Below, in pieces: positions 63,636 through 64,000 of a stretch of DNA of 64,000 nt. A program made the translations under genes and the position numbers. Position 1 is the stretch's first letter, and each line of letters opens with the position of its first letter. The stretch is from Dimorphilus gyrociliatus (Eukaryota; Animalia; Annelida), in contig CAJFCJ010000016.1 in assembly GCA_904063045.1 (NCBI GenBank), positions 496,001 through 560,000 on the forward strand. Direction: 5' to 3'. Under the pieces are notes generated by a model. That model saw only the letters and a list, made by a program, of their open reading frames with translations. It was not told the origin of the DNA and did no database searches.

Positions 63636-64000
63636 ATGAGGACGCTGCGTAAAATAAAGAACGTTGTAAAATGGAAAAACAAGCAGGATGATTGCCAGGT
63701 ACTAGTAAAGGAATCGATAAAACTTCACCAGGAACTAGAATTGGATAGTATCGAAACTTTAAATAATACTGAGGTTAGTAAGGATGGTAAATTTACTAGA
63801 GGAAATGCAGAAGATGAAACGGACGATGAGGTGGAATTAGATGAATTAATAGAGAAAAATGACAATAAATCGAAAAAACAAAAGCGTAAGGAGAAACGAA
63901 AAAGAATGAGAAAACGTTGTTGGAAAATGTGTAGAAGAACATTTAAATATTTAAGAATTGGATTTACACAATGGGCAAATATGACAAACTTTGGTTTCTT
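63636..64000 (+). CDS. Partial ORF of unknown function running off the window
   Basis: MRTLRKIKNVVKWKNKQDDCQVL..acidic stretch..KKQKRKEKRKRMRKRCWKMCRRTFKYL.. is open to the end of the window. An AGATGGCG motif lies upstream at 63468. Confidence 0.55.
   Translation, partial: MRTLRKIKNVVKWKNKQDDCQVLVKESIKLHQELELDSIETLNNTEVSKDGKFTRGNAEDETDDEVELDELIEKNDNKSKKQKRKEKRKRMRKRCWKMCRRTFKYLRIGFTQWANMTNFGF

Overview
AT-rich eukaryotic (animal) genomic DNA with very compact gene packing, short GT-AG introns (often 40-80 nt) and CT/TA microsatellites. The gene content and miRNAs suggest a small-genome invertebrate, probably spiralian; this is inference and the species cannot be fixed from the sequence. Bases 1-42,000 form a dense block of conserved genes: PH-RhoGAP, JNK, MRPL54, PEX11, a peroxisomal 4CL/luciferase-family acyl-CoA synthetase ending in SKL, FBXL14, Dishevelled, an orphan gene, tRNA-iMet, OPA1, GTF2H2, a ZDHHC, a Y-box protein and a periphilin. 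Four pairs are head-to-head. Bases 45,000-64,000 are accessory-like: four identical tRNA-Gly(TCC) genes, three secreted triple-gC1q paralogs, an orphan GPCR, an RI-type LRR protein, a secreted double-PAN protein, a single-pass membrane protein and an ORF running off the end. Three observations stand out. (1) An 8-exon gene, in frame across all junctions, joins an N-terminal RRM and an RS domain to the C-terminal domain of periphilin, the HUSH silencing subunit. (2) A mir-100/mir-125 cluster lies antisense inside a Dishevelled intron, with no let-7 between the two hairpins. (3) This Dishevelled lacks the DEP finger (RMWLKITI loop) and has two candidate alternative C-termini. All exon structures were spliced by eye and all homology calls come from recalled family motifs; no database search was run.
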